Shown here piece after piece: positions 9,285 through 18,939 of a DNA stretch of 64,000 nucleotides. A model generated the notes under the pieces. That model did not search any database. It had not been told where the DNA came from and saw only the letters and a list, made by a program, of their open reading frames with translations. Position 1 is the first letter of the stretch; each line of letters starts with the position of its first letter. The stretch is from contig OY969763.1 in NCBI GenBank assembly GCA_963702845.1, positions 5,152,001 to 5,216,000 of the forward strand, read 5' to 3'. Source of the stretch: an uncultured Verrucomicrobiae bacterium (GTDB lineage: Bacteria; Verrucomicrobiota; Verrucomicrobiia; Limisphaerales; Palsa-1400). A program made the position numbers and the translations under genes.

Positions 9285-11142
9285 GCACAAAAAAAGCAAA
9301 ATCTGTCGTGGAGCGGGTAATTTCGCACGCCGCTACCAGAGGCGATGCTGTGGCGGTGTCGTCGGGAGGCGGAGCGTTAACGTATGCAGCGTTGGAACGC
9401 CAGTCGCTCGAATTGGCGGAGCATTTGCGCGCGCTCGGAGTCGGGCCTGAAGTTGTGGTTGGATTGTGTTTGCGATCGCCCGCGTTATTGGTGGCTGCGC
9501 TCGCAACCTTGAGAGCTGGCGGCGCTTTTTTGCCGATGGACCCGTCGTATCCGGAAAAACGCCGCGCTTTCATGCTCACTGATGCGTCGGTCCAGGTAGT
9601 CATCAGCAATGACGGAACAGAGCTTCATTGGGTCGGGCAAAATACACCGATCATCGTTCTGGACAATTGCGGTCGAATTGTTCGAAGTTCCGCCTCAACT
9701 CGTTGCCCTTTGCCACCGGATTTTGTGGACCCTGGGCAATTGGCGTATGTCATCTACACTTCAGGTTCAACCGGTCAGCCCAAAGGAGTCGAGGTTACCC
9801 ACGCAAATTTATCCAACCTCATTGATTGGCATCTCCAGACATTCGATGTGACCCCGGAAGATCGAGCCAGTCAGGTCGCTCAAATTGGTTTCGATGCTGC
9901 CATTTGGGAAACGTGGCCGTATCTGTGCGTCGGGGCCAGCCTGCACGTTCCCGGGTCACAAACAGTCAACGACCCAGAGGCATTGCGTGATTGGCTCGTG
10001 GACAACTCAATTACGATCAGTTTTGTGCCCACTCCCATGGCCGAACGACTGCTCTCATTGAAATGGCCCACAAAAACGGCGTTGCGAACAATTCTGACCG
10101 GAGGCGACGTGCTGCACCAGTATGCGCCGGCGAATTTGCCCTTTGCATTGATCAATAATTATGGGCCGACGGAATGCACGGTCGTGGCCACTTCGGGCGT
10201 ATCCCGCCGTGCACTTCAGAAGGCACGTTGCCGCCAATCGGTCTGCCGATTACAAATACGAAGCTTTATGTTCTGGACGAGTTGCAACGACAAGTGACGC
10301 CCGGAACTCCGGGAGAACTTTATATCGGCGGCGCGAGTGTCGCGCGCGGTTACCGAGGGCGTCCGAAACTAAATGCAGAAAGGTTCGTGTCTAATCCATT
10401 CGCGCCCGACCCGACAGATCGGCTTTTCAGGACCGGCGATCTGGTTCGATATTTGCCCGATGGACAAATTGCTTTTTTCGGCCGTGCAGATGAGCAGGTA
10501 AAAATCCGCGGTTTTCGGATTGAACCGAACGAAGTCGTCGCTGCCATCAACGCCCATCCTGGCATACTTCAAAGCGCGGTCGTTGCACGAGACATCAATG
10601 CAGATCGCCGCTTGATCGCATACATCGTTCCTCCATGGAGCGAGTTGGTTCCAACATTGAGCGAACTACGTGATTTTCTGGCCGCGCGTCTGCCGGAATT
10701 TATGGTTCCCTCGAGTTTCGTCCTCTTGGAAACTTTGCCATTGAACGCCAACGGCAAAGTGGATCGCGCTGCACTCCCTGATCCAGACGACGCCAATATT
10801 TTGCGGGATGAGGACTTCGCAGCTCCCAGAAACGAACTCGAACGCACCGTGGCCGGCATTTTAGGCAAGCTGCTCGGCATCGAAAAAGTCGGCGCGGACG
10901 CAAACTTTTTTGCGCTTGGCGGACATTCGCTTCTGGGCACGCAGCTTATTGCGCGATTGCGCGACACTTTCGGAATAGAAATGCCTTTACGTGGTGTTTT
11001 TGAAGCGCCGACAGTGGTCGAGTTGTCCGCCGAAATTGACCGACTCGTTTTGGCCCGCGTCGAAACGATGAGTGAAGAAGAAGCTCAACACCTTCTTGGC
11101 GCAACTGCCGCAACGTTCCACCAAACCAATTATCGTCGATGA
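9281..11142 (+). CDS. NRPS adenylation-thiolation (A-T) didomain, predicted Leu-activating; one frameshift at ~10200
   Basis: A cores YTSGSTGQPKG, FDAAIWE, NNYGPTE, GELYIGG, RTGD, QVKIRGFRIE and NGKVDR; PCP motif FFALGGHSLL. ORFs 9281-10297 and 10174-11142 join with +1 nt. The start overlaps the C gene stop (ATGA). Confidence 0.92.
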
Positions 11143-12392
11143 CTACCATGGAAAGCCCATCGGCTACGGCGCATAAAAAAGCGTCCGCTCTCAGCCTGTT
11201 TAACCTCCTTGATCCCGAGGTGCTCGCCAACCCATACCCGCTCTTTCATCGCCTGCGCGCCGAGGATCCCGTGCACTGGGATCCGTTCCTGCACTCGTGG
11301 GTCGTGACGCGCTACGCAGACGTGGTGCGCGTCTTAAAAGAATTTTCCGCGGAGCGAACCCCTTCTCCAGATCAACTCACTGCCATCGGACTTTCGCAAC
11401 TCAACCCGATCGCGCAGGTCATGGTCAAACAAATGCTTTTCCTGGACGCGCCGGCACACACGCGCATTCGCGGGCTGGCTTCGGCCGCATTTACGCCTAA
11501 TAAAGTCGAAGCCTTGCGCTCGCACATCCGCGAGATCACCCGAGAGCTGATTGACAAAGTCGCTGCCAGCGGACGAATGGAAGTCATCGCCGATTTAGCC
11601 GAACCGCTGCCCTGCATCGTTACTGCTGAGATGCTCGGCGTCCCCGTGGAGGACCATCGCCGCCTCAAACTCTGGTCGCAGGATTTTGCGGAAATGCTCG
11701 GAAATTTTCAGCACAACCCTGACCACACGACGCGCATTCTCAAAAGCACCGAGGAAATGACCACCTACTTTCGTTGCGCCATGCACAATGAAAAACTGCG
11801 GCCCGATGGACTCGTTTGCTCGTTGCGCGACGCCAAAGTTCAGGGCGATTCCCTCACCGAAGAAGAGGTCATCGCCAACTGCATCGTCACGATGGTCGGC
11901 GGCCAGGAAACGACAACCAATTTAATTGGTAACGGCGTGCTCTCGTTGTTGCGCAACCCGGAACAATTGGAAAAACTGCGCGCAAACCTTGCCTTAATTC
12001 CATCAGCTGTTGAAGAGTTACTCCGTTACGAAAGCCCGAGCCAGCACACGGCGCGCCTCGCGCCCGAAGACACACAAATCGGCGGCAAAACCATTCAGAA
12101 ACGTCAGGCCGTCATGGCCGTGATGGCCGCAGCCAACCGCGACCCGGAACGCTTTCCCGATCCCGACCGCCTGGACATTGCCCGCACCGACAACAAACAC
12201 GTGGCGTTCGGAGGCGGCGCGCATTTTTGTTTTGGCGCGGCGCTCGCGCGCATCGAGGGACAGATCGTTTTTGAAGAATTGTTGCGCCGATTTCCCTTTT
12301 GGTCGCTCGAACCCGGGCCTCTGCAGTGGAGGACAAACTTGGGATTGCGCGGATTGACTGAGTTGCCAGTCTCTTTCGACCGCCTCCACTAA
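11139..12392 (+). CDS. Cytochrome P450
   Basis: I-helix GGQETT, K-helix EELLR, heme motif FGGGAHFCFG. ATGA overlap with the A-T gene. Confidence 0.96.
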   Translation: MTTMESPSATAHKKASALSLFNLLDPEVLANPYPLFHRLRAEDPVHWDPFLHSWVVTRYADVVRVLKEFSAERTPSPDQLTAIGLSQLNPIAQVMVKQMLFLDAPAHTRIRGLASAAFTPNKVEALRSHIREITRELIDKVAASGRMEVIADLAEPLPCIVTAEMLGVPVEDHRRLKLWSQDFAEMLGNFQHNPDHTTRILKSTEEMTTYFRCAMHNEKLRPDGLVCSLRDAKVQGDSLTEEEVIANCIVTMVGGQETTTNLIGNGVLSLLRNPEQLEKLRANLALIPSAVEELLRYESPSQHTARLAPEDTQIGGKTIQKRQAVMAVMAAANRDPERFPDPDRLDIARTDNKHVAFGGGAHFCFGAALARIEGQIVFEELLRRFPFWSLEPGPLQWRTNLGLRGLTELPVSFDRLH

Positions 12393-12450
12393 TTGCTCAC
12401 GACAAGCGAATACGTCGCAAACGAACCCAGCGAAACTTGCTGGCAAAAGG

Positions 12451-13296
12451 ATGCATTTTGATTTCTCCTTTTGGAAACGCGTCGTGACTCCAATTCATTT
12501 AAATTTTACCTCGCGTCAACAATCCCTCGAGCAAGAAATGGGAGAGCAACTGTTCGTATCCGGTTTGGTAGGACCTTACCGGATTTTTCAGCGCATCAAC
12601 GGACATCGACATTCCATTGATGACGCCACGACTGCCTGGTATGCGCTCCAGAAAAGTCCGGTGGTGAAGAGAACGCTTGATTTGGGTGCGGGAATCGGAA
12701 CGGTTGGTTTAGCCGTCCTTTGGGGGTTGGGAGATGGCGCGCATCTCACCTGTGTGGAAGCGCAGGATGTGAGTTACAAATTATTAGTTGAGAACATCTG
12801 TGGGAATGAATTGAACGACCGCGTCCGGGCCAGTCACGGAGACATCCGCACGATACATCTTGGAGAACAATTCCCGCTGATCACCGGAAGCCCTCCGTAT
12901 TTCCCTGTCGGAACGGGCTCATTGCCGACGGATTCCCAAAAGGCGCATGCACGATTTGAACTTAGAGGTGATGTGGGAGACTACGCACAAGCTGCGAAAA
13001 GGCACATAACGGAGGACGGCCTGTTTGTGTTTTGCTTTCCGTTCCAACAAAAGAACCGGTGCATAAAACTGGTGCGTGAAGTCGGATTTAAGTTCATGAC
13101 AATTCGCGATGTGGTGCCGATGAAGAGTAAGCCACCATTGTTTTCTCTGTATTGTGCCTCAGTCAATTACGCTGGCACGACTATTGAAGAACCCCCCTTA
13201 ATCGTTGCGTTCGAGGACGGCAAATACACCCCTGAGATGAGAGAACTGCAGGCCACGCGCGGTTTTGGCCCAGAAGGCACGAATGTGATTGCGTAG
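12451..13296 (+). CDS. Class I SAM-dependent methyltransferase, tRNA1(Val) A37 N6-methylase (TrmN6)-like; start uncertain
   Basis: LDLGAGIG SAM motif, GSPPYF (an NPPY-like amino-MTase motif) and HARFE. Confidence 0.75.
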   Translation: MHFDFSFWKRVVTPIHLNFTSRQQSLEQEMGEQLFVSGLVGPYRIFQRINGHRHSIDDATTAWYALQKSPVVKRTLDLGAGIGTVGLAVLWGLGDGAHLTCVEAQDVSYKLLVENICGNELNDRVRASHGDIRTIHLGEQFPLITGSPPYFPVGTGSLPTDSQKAHARFELRGDVGDYAQAAKRHITEDGLFVFCFPFQQKNRCIKLVREVGFKFMTIRDVVPMKSKPPLFSLYCASVNYAGTTIEEPPLIVAFEDGKYTPEMRELQATRGFGPEGTNVIA

Positions 13297-13461
13297 CTCT
13301 TTTTAGCAGCAGCGAGCTATTAGAAACTCCTTATCCAACAAACTTCGCAGGTAGGAACGATCGCGCCGCGTCGTCCTCGTAACAATCCTTCGCCAACTGA
13401 CTTCCCCAAACCGCATCCAGTCAGAGCGACAAGCTCGCATGGCGCCCTTTGAACGAAGTAT

Positions 13462-15270
13462 TCAGTGCAAACGAAAAAACTGCCGGCTCAAGCCGGGGCC
13501 GATCGTGAACGGATTATACGTATTCGTTACATCGACATAGGGACCAACAACGTTGGTTGCGGATTGCAGGTGGAGTGAAGAGATAAAAGGCGCGGGCCAA
13601 CTGATTACCACGTTCGTTTGCACGACAGAAATGTTCATCGTCGGTTGGTCCGTGGGCACGATTTCACCGGATGGAAGTTGGCGGGCAAATTGCGTCCCAT
13701 TGAAGTTGATTTGCGCTAATTGCGCCGGAGTGAGGCCATGGTCGCTGTTACCGACATAGAGGCGAGTCGAACCACCGCCGTTGGTTGAGCCTTGCCAGCC
13801 ATAAACCGTCAACGGCTGAGACGACGACCATGGAAGGGTAGAGCTGTCCTGAAACGTAATAACACAGGGGTTAGTCGCGAATTTGATCGACGACGAATCG
13901 TCGGGCCCAGAAAGAATCAACGGGCCAAATGCCTGGTTCGTCACTCCGCAACTGAAATCACACCCTTCAAATTGGACCGACCCCTGTTCGACAAGTCTGC
14001 CCCCGGTGAAATTAAACTGGCAGTTACCCAGGACAAGGTTGCTACATTGCAAAAGCCCGCTCTGGAAGTTGAATGTTAGGTTATCGTAAGAACCAATCGA
14101 GAGACTGTTCGTGACTATGTTGGTTGCATTAACGAGCTGAAAGGTTGGCCCATACGGATACAACGAAAAGAAGTTATAACCATAGTCCGCGGTTGAGCAA
14201 TATGCGATCCCGCCAGTTTGCGTAAACGCGCCGGAAATTTCGCCGCTGACAGACAGAATGCCACCGCTTTGGGTGAAGTTGCCGAATGGGCCATTTAACA
14301 ACACGTTGTCAACAAATAGCTGGCCGCCTTGTAAAAGGTATTCCCCGGAGCTGGGATAATCGTATTCGTCATCGATGCCGGATGTCTCAACAGCGCCAAC
14401 TCGGACAGTGCCGCTGACCTGGGTAAAACGTCCGTTGCCATAACCGAGGGCGATGAGAGGTGTGCTCAAAGTTCCATTCTGCATCGTCCAATTGCCCCCG
14501 CTGGAATTCCCAGCAACGGCAACACCAATAGATATGCTGTTGGTCACAACGGCATTTCCACCAACCTGGTTAAAAAAGCCGCTGCCGGTGGCTCCGATTT
14601 CAACCGAGCCCGCAGAGAACGTTCCGTTGCTGATGTTGTAAGTGCCGGCCAGGTCCAAACTGTCAAACTGCGCCAGGCCGCCGCTTTGCGTAATGGCGCC
14701 ATCGTAATAAGTCGGCCCGGATAGAAAGCCGACGTAGGCCCGTCCGCATACCAGGGTGCCGTTAGTGAGATTGTAATAGCCGGGATTATGCACGCCCAGC
14801 GCGATCGCTCCCGGGAAAACGTTGGAGCCACCATCTTGATTGATAACGCCGTCGACCGAAGTAAACGGATTTGTGCCGTCGACGCGGATCATGCCGTTCA
14901 GATTGAGCAGCACCGAGTTACTTAGCACAGTAAGACTATCTTTGACCTGAAGCGGGTGCGCTGTCCCGGTAAAGTTCAACAACAGCGTGTTGGTCGAGAG
15001 AGGCGTCCCGCCGATCGTCAGGTTGCTGATCGAAAGTGTGCCCGGATAATTATTAACAGTATTTGCACCGATGATGATCGCTTTCTGCCCGTAATTGGTG
15101 ATCACGATCGCCGATTGCGAAATAGCCGGACGCATGCCCAATGACCACGTGAGATTTTCCCACGCTCCCGTGACAGTCCCAGTCCAACTATTGGTCTGCG
15201 CTAAGGACGACATGGAAGCGGCAATTAGAATGAGCAGCCCCATTAAATTCCTACTGATCGAATGGTTCAT
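13462..15270 (-). CDS. Secreted Gly/Ser/Thr/Asn-rich beta-strand repeat protein (passenger/beta-helix-like)
   Basis: Signal peptide MNHSISRNLMGLLILIAASMSSLA-QTNSW, repeated G.F.Q.GG / Y.L.NGTL units, and a C-terminal ISWP...LQSATNV...RQFFRL motif. Confidence 0.8.
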   Translation of the reverse strand: MNHSISRNLMGLLILIAASMSSLAQTNSWTGTVTGAWENLTWSLGMRPAISQSAIVITNYGQKAIIIGANTVNNYPGTLSISNLTIGGTPLSTNTLLLNFTGTAHPLQVKDSLTVLSNSVLLNLNGMIRVDGTNPFTSVDGVINQDGGSNVFPGAIALGVHNPGYYNLTNGTLVCGRAYVGFLSGPTYYDGAITQSGGLAQFDSLDLAGTYNISNGTFSAGSVEIGATGSGFFNQVGGNAVVTNSISIGVAVAGNSSGGNWTMQNGTLSTPLIALGYGNGRFTQVSGTVRVGAVETSGIDDEYDYPSSGEYLLQGGQLFVDNVLLNGPFGNFTQSGGILSVSGEISGAFTQTGGIAYCSTADYGYNFFSLYPYGPTFQLVNATNIVTNSLSIGSYDNLTFNFQSGLLQCSNLVLGNCQFNFTGGRLVEQGSVQFEGCDFSCGVTNQAFGPLILSGPDDSSSIKFATNPCVITFQDSSTLPWSSSQPLTVYGWQGSTNGGGSTRLYVGNSDHGLTPAQLAQINFNGTQFARQLPSGEIVPTDQPTMNISVVQTNVVISWPAPFISSLHLQSATNVVGPYVDVTNTYNPFTIGPGLSRQFFRLH

Positions 15271-15676
15271 AGTTTTCCGTAATTCCAATCAGATTTTTCG
15301 AGGGAGATGCGACTGTATCAACACGGCTCGACTAGAGGATCAGCTTGCAGATGATTTTTTCCCCCAAGAGAGGATGAAAGGACGATGGAAAAAGGTTGAG
15401 ATATCGCGCGTCGTCCCCGTAAAAATCCTTCACCCACCAATTTCCTTCGTGTTTGATAGTAATCTGTCGGAGACGAGGAAGCTCGCGACAGCATGCGTCA
15501 AAACAATTTGTTCTGGCGTGCGAGTCTCTAACTTCAATTTGTGCCGCTTACACGCGACAAACGAATGTTTTACCGTCCATCATTTACAACGACCACCATC
15601 GCAAGCAGGATACGCAGCCCTCCGGAGAAACTAAACATGCCGTAGGCGAGTCAACCGCAGAAGAAAAGTAAAAATT

Positions 15677-15802
15677 ATGGGCGATAAAAACCCCAAGTCT
15701 AATCAGAAGAAATCCTCCCAGAAACAATCCAAGGCCAACAGCGCCGATCAAAAGAAAAAAGCGGCCGCGTTCGCCAAGCAGGGTGCCGCTAAGAAAAAAT
15801 AA
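15677..15802 (+). CDS. Small Lys/Ala/Gln-rich protein (41 aa), below the ORF-track cutoff
   Basis: MGDKNPKSNQKKSSQKQSKANSADQKKKAAAFAKQGAAKKK*, with an A-rich leader and a strong hairpin just downstream. Confidence 0.7.
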   Translation: MGDKNPKSNQKKSSQKQSKANSADQKKKAAAFAKQGAAKKK

Positions 15803-15819
15803 CTGGCCGCCATTGGCTG

Positions 15820-15852
15820 CTGTCTCTCCCGAATAGAAAACGGGAGAGACAG
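15820..15852 (+). terminator. Perfect 12-bp hairpin, probable terminator
   Basis: CTGTCTCTCCCG-AATAGAAAA-CGGGAGAGACAG. The U-tract is weak. Confidence 0.55.
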
Positions 15853-15930
15853 ATTCCTCCTTCTCAAACCCGCAGACGACCAGTCACCGCGTTCCGTCGT
15901 TTTTCCATTCTTTTTCATTATATTAAACAT

Positions 15931-15968
15931 TTGACAAATCACTCCATTTACTTAAATGTTTTAAGTAA
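15931..15968 (+). promoter_or_regulatory. Promoter (-35 TTGACA) with an overlapping palindromic operator
   Basis: TTGACA at 15931 and a perfect inverted repeat TTACTTAAA-TGT-TTTAAGTAA at 15948-15968, upstream of the membrane protein/HTH operon. Confidence 0.6.
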
Positions 15969-15996
15969 TTAAACAAACCAAGCCTAAAATAAATCT

Positions 15997-16674
15997 ATGA
16001 AACAAGAGTTTGATCGAGTGAAAAACGACGTCGAAACAATCCAGAAGGCGATGGGATTGGCCCCTTCGATCGGGCTGGAGTGGATTCAGTGGATGAAACG
16101 CGACAGCTGGTTCAGCCTGTGGTGGTGCGTGCCGGGATTGATCCTCATCGCTACGGCGCTGTTGTCCTTTGACCATGCGAAACGGTATGGGGGCCTGGTG
16201 GCCGATCAATGGGCCGGACTTCTGGTCGCTGGCACGCTGCTCGGACTTGCCATCGGCCATACTCGACAAGTAACAGGCAAAGACGGCCGCCCGGAAGGCA
16301 TGGTCCGCGAATCCAAACGGACCCACGGAGTCACCGCGCAAGGATTCTGGTTCGGTGCGGCACTGATGTTGCAACTCTTGTTGTATTTTGTGTGGGGCAG
16401 GATTTATCACGTTGCATTCGAACCATTCTGGGCAGGTCTCTTTATTCTCCTGGGATCCTCATGCTTGGTGGCGGCGTTGGCTGGAAAAGCATGGATACTA
16501 TTGGGGTACGCCCTTCCATTTCTCGCCTACGGCCTTTGCCTTCCGCTAGCCAATGGTAATCATACAGCCAAAGGAGTCTTGCTTGGCGTGATGTTTATCG
16601 TTGTGGCATTGTCGTTTTCCATCATTCAAGTCTGGCAAATCCGGAACATCGAACGACAAAATGAATCCCATTGA
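15997..16674 (+). CDS. Integral membrane hypothetical protein (~6 TM)
   Basis: Multiple hydrophobic segments; overlaps the downstream regulator gene. Confidence 0.8.
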   Translation: MKQEFDRVKNDVETIQKAMGLAPSIGLEWIQWMKRDSWFSLWWCVPGLILIATALLSFDHAKRYGGLVADQWAGLLVAGTLLGLAIGHTRQVTGKDGRPEGMVRESKRTHGVTAQGFWFGAALMLQLLLYFVWGRIYHVAFEPFWAGLFILLGSSCLVAALAGKAWILLGYALPFLAYGLCLPLANGNHTAKGVLLGVMFIVVALSFSIIQVWQIRNIERQNESH

Positions 16675-16975
16675 TTTCAACGGGCTCGACACCGCAGTCC
16701 ACGGCCCGATCCGGCTCGGCATCATGACCGCATTGCAGGTGGACGGTGCGCTTGATTTCACGACTTTGAAAAAACGGCTCGATACCGTCGATGGCAGTTT
16801 GAATCTGCATTTGGGAAAGCTCGATGAATGCGGCTACATCACCAGCAAAAAAGCGTTCGTCGCGTTGAGACCAAAAACAACCTACAGAATCACCCCAGCT
16901 GGTCGTAAGGCGCTCACCAATTACCTGCAAAGCATGAAGACCCTCATTGAATATCTTGAATCAGTGAAAGAATAA
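16661..16975 (+). CDS. Winged-helix transcriptional regulator (MarR/ArsR-like, HTH_34 type)
   Basis: LDTAVHGPIRLGIMTAL...DFTTLK...DGSLNLHLGKL...K.F...RPKTTYRIT..GR..L..Y; ATG at 16661. Confidence 0.88.
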   Translation: MNPIDFNGLDTAVHGPIRLGIMTALQVDGALDFTTLKKRLDTVDGSLNLHLGKLDECGYITSKKAFVALRPKTTYRITPAGRKALTNYLQSMKTLIEYLESVKE

Positions 16976-17230
16976 GAGCCTTTTGGAACGCGCGCCGGTT
17001 GATGACCAGAAAGGCGTAGGTTCTGCTTATTCGCAAAAATGGCGAAGCACCGCATTGACGAACCCAAGATCGCGAATCCGACTCACCGACTCACCGTCCC
17101 GAACCCGTTGCGTGTTTGTATCATTGGCGTCATCACGTTGAAACAAAGTTGACTTTAACCAACAAAATCAGTCCACTGGCAAACATTCGCCACGGCATTA
17201 ACTCATCTTTAACCAGTAAAACTACACACT

Positions 17231-18871
17231 ATGAGCGATAGCACTCAAACGTTACCAAGAACATCCAGCCACGCTGCTGTCAGCGACGTCCATCGCAAGC
17301 GGCTCCTCTGGGCCGGTTTCATGGCCATTTTATCCACCGGCGTCGGCTTCGCCATTCGCGGTGGAATTTTTGCAAACTGGGGAGCCGAATACGGCTTCAC
17401 CGGCGCGCAACTGGGTCAAATCGGCGGCGCTGGCCTGACCGGTTTCTGTTTCGGCGTCATTATTGGCGGCGTCATCGCGGATAAAATCGGCTATGGCAAA
17501 CTCGTCTGTGCCGCTTTCCTCCTGCACATTATTTCCGCTGTCGTCACCTTCATGACGAGCGCGAGCATGCCGCAGGCCTCGGCCTACGCCTGTTTGTATT
17601 GGGGCATGTTTATTTTCGCCTGCGCCAACGGCACACTTGAATCCGTCGCCAACCCTCTCGTCGCGACGCTCTTCCCCGAAAACCGCACGCACTACTTGAA
17701 TATCCTCCACGCCAGTTGGCCGTTGGGCTTGATGTTCGGTGGCGTTGCTGGCGCCGTCCTCGGCGGTTCACTCGGTTGGGGCTGGAAATCGCAACTCTCG
17801 CTCTATCTCATCCCAACCGTTCTTTACGGCATCATGTTCATGGGCCAAAAATTCCCGAAATCCGAAGCGTCCCAAAAAGGCCTCAGCATCGGCGAAATGT
17901 TCAAAGACGTCGGCATCCTCGGCGGCTTGGTCATTTGCTTCCTGATCGCGTTGTTCTTCCACGGCGCATTTGGATTGTCCAACGGCGCTGCTTACGCGAT
18001 CGCTGGCGTACTCCTCATCGCCATTGGTGTCATCACCAAATTCTCCATCGGCGCGGTTTTGCTCTTTGTCCTGTTCGCGACCCACGCGTTGGTTGGCGCG
18101 GTCGAACTGGGCACCGATCAATGGATTCAGAACATCACCGGCAACATCCTCACGCCGACGATGGGCAAATGGCTCTTCGTTTACACCTCGCTCATCATGT
18201 TCCTGCTCCGCTTCTGCGCGCACTTCATCGAAAAGAACCTGAAGCTCTCGCCCGTCGGCCTTCTCGCCGTCTGCGCGATCACGGCCGGGATCGGCCTGAA
18301 TCTTATCAGCATCTCGAACACGACCGTGATGATTATGGCCGCGCTCATGGTCTATGCGGCTGGCAAAACGTTCTTCTGGCCGACAATGCTCGCCGTTGCC
18401 TCCGACCGTTACCCGCGCACCGGGGCAATCGCTATCAGCATCATGGGCGGCATCGGCATGATGTCCGCCGGCATGATCGGCGCACCTGGTTTGGGTTATG
18501 CGAAAGACCGTTTCGCCGGTGAAGAATTGGCCAAGAACAATCCCGCCATCTACCAGGAATACAAAGCCGACACCAGCAGCTCATTCCTGCCTTTCGTGTT
18601 CAGCGACTCCACCGGTCTTAATGGTAAGAAATTGGCCGAAGCCAAAGCCGCTCCGAAAGACGCCGCTCATACCAAAGAAGCCGCAGTCACCGCTGCCGAC
18701 CTTCAAGGCGACCGCAAAACTTTGAAAGCCGACTCGTTCATCCCATTCACGATGGCTGGGATTTACATCCTGATCGCGATCTACTTTAAGTCGATCGGCG
18801 GTTATAAAATCGTCCACTTGAAAGGCACCGACGCCGCTGCGACACCCGGCAAAGACGAAGTCGTTGCTTAG
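17231..18871 (+). CDS. MFS transporter (sugar-type, PVC family)
   Basis: More than 12 TM segments, motif A-like [21 protein letters not shown] and [10 protein letters not shown]. Confidence 0.9.
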   Translation: MSDSTQTLPRTSSHAAVSDVHRKRLLWAGFMAILSTGVGFAIRGGIFANWGAEYGFTGAQLGQIGGAGLTGFCFGVIIGGVIADKIGYGKLVCAAFLLHIISAVVTFMTSASMPQASAYACLYWGMFIFACANGTLESVANPLVATLFPENRTHYLNILHASWPLGLMFGGVAGAVLGGSLGWGWKSQLSLYLIPTVLYGIMFMGQKFPKSEASQKGLSIGEMFKDVGILGGLVICFLIALFFHGAFGLSNGAAYAIAGVLLIAIGVITKFSIGAVLLFVLFATHALVGAVELGTDQWIQNITGNILTPTMGKWLFVYTSLIMFLLRFCAHFIEKNLKLSPVGLLAVCAITAGIGLNLISISNTTVMIMAALMVYAAGKTFFWPTMLAVASDRYPRTGAIAISIMGGIGMMSAGMIGAPGLGYAKDRFAGEELAKNNPAIYQEYKADTSSSFLPFVFSDSTGLNGKKLAEAKAAPKDAAHTKEAAVTAADLQGDRKTLKADSFIPFTMAGIYILIAIYFKSIGGYKIVHLKGTDAAATPGKDEVVA

Positions 18872-18890
18872 CAAAGCATTTTGAAAAGCA

Positions 18891-18921
18891 GAAAGGCGGC
18901 CTCGAACTGAGGCCGTCTTTC
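18891..18921. terminator. Hairpin terminator between convergent genes
   Basis: GAAAGGCGGCCTC-GAACT-GAGGCCGTCTTTC. Confidence 0.75.
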
Positions 18922-18939
18922 TTATTAACCCTCCTCGGC

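Noticed and set aside
15095..15671. ORFs 15095-15634 and 15453-15671, or a riboswitch in the 15290-15676 spacer
   Set aside because: The ORFs do not look protein-like and one overlaps a real gene. No known RNA motif was recognised.
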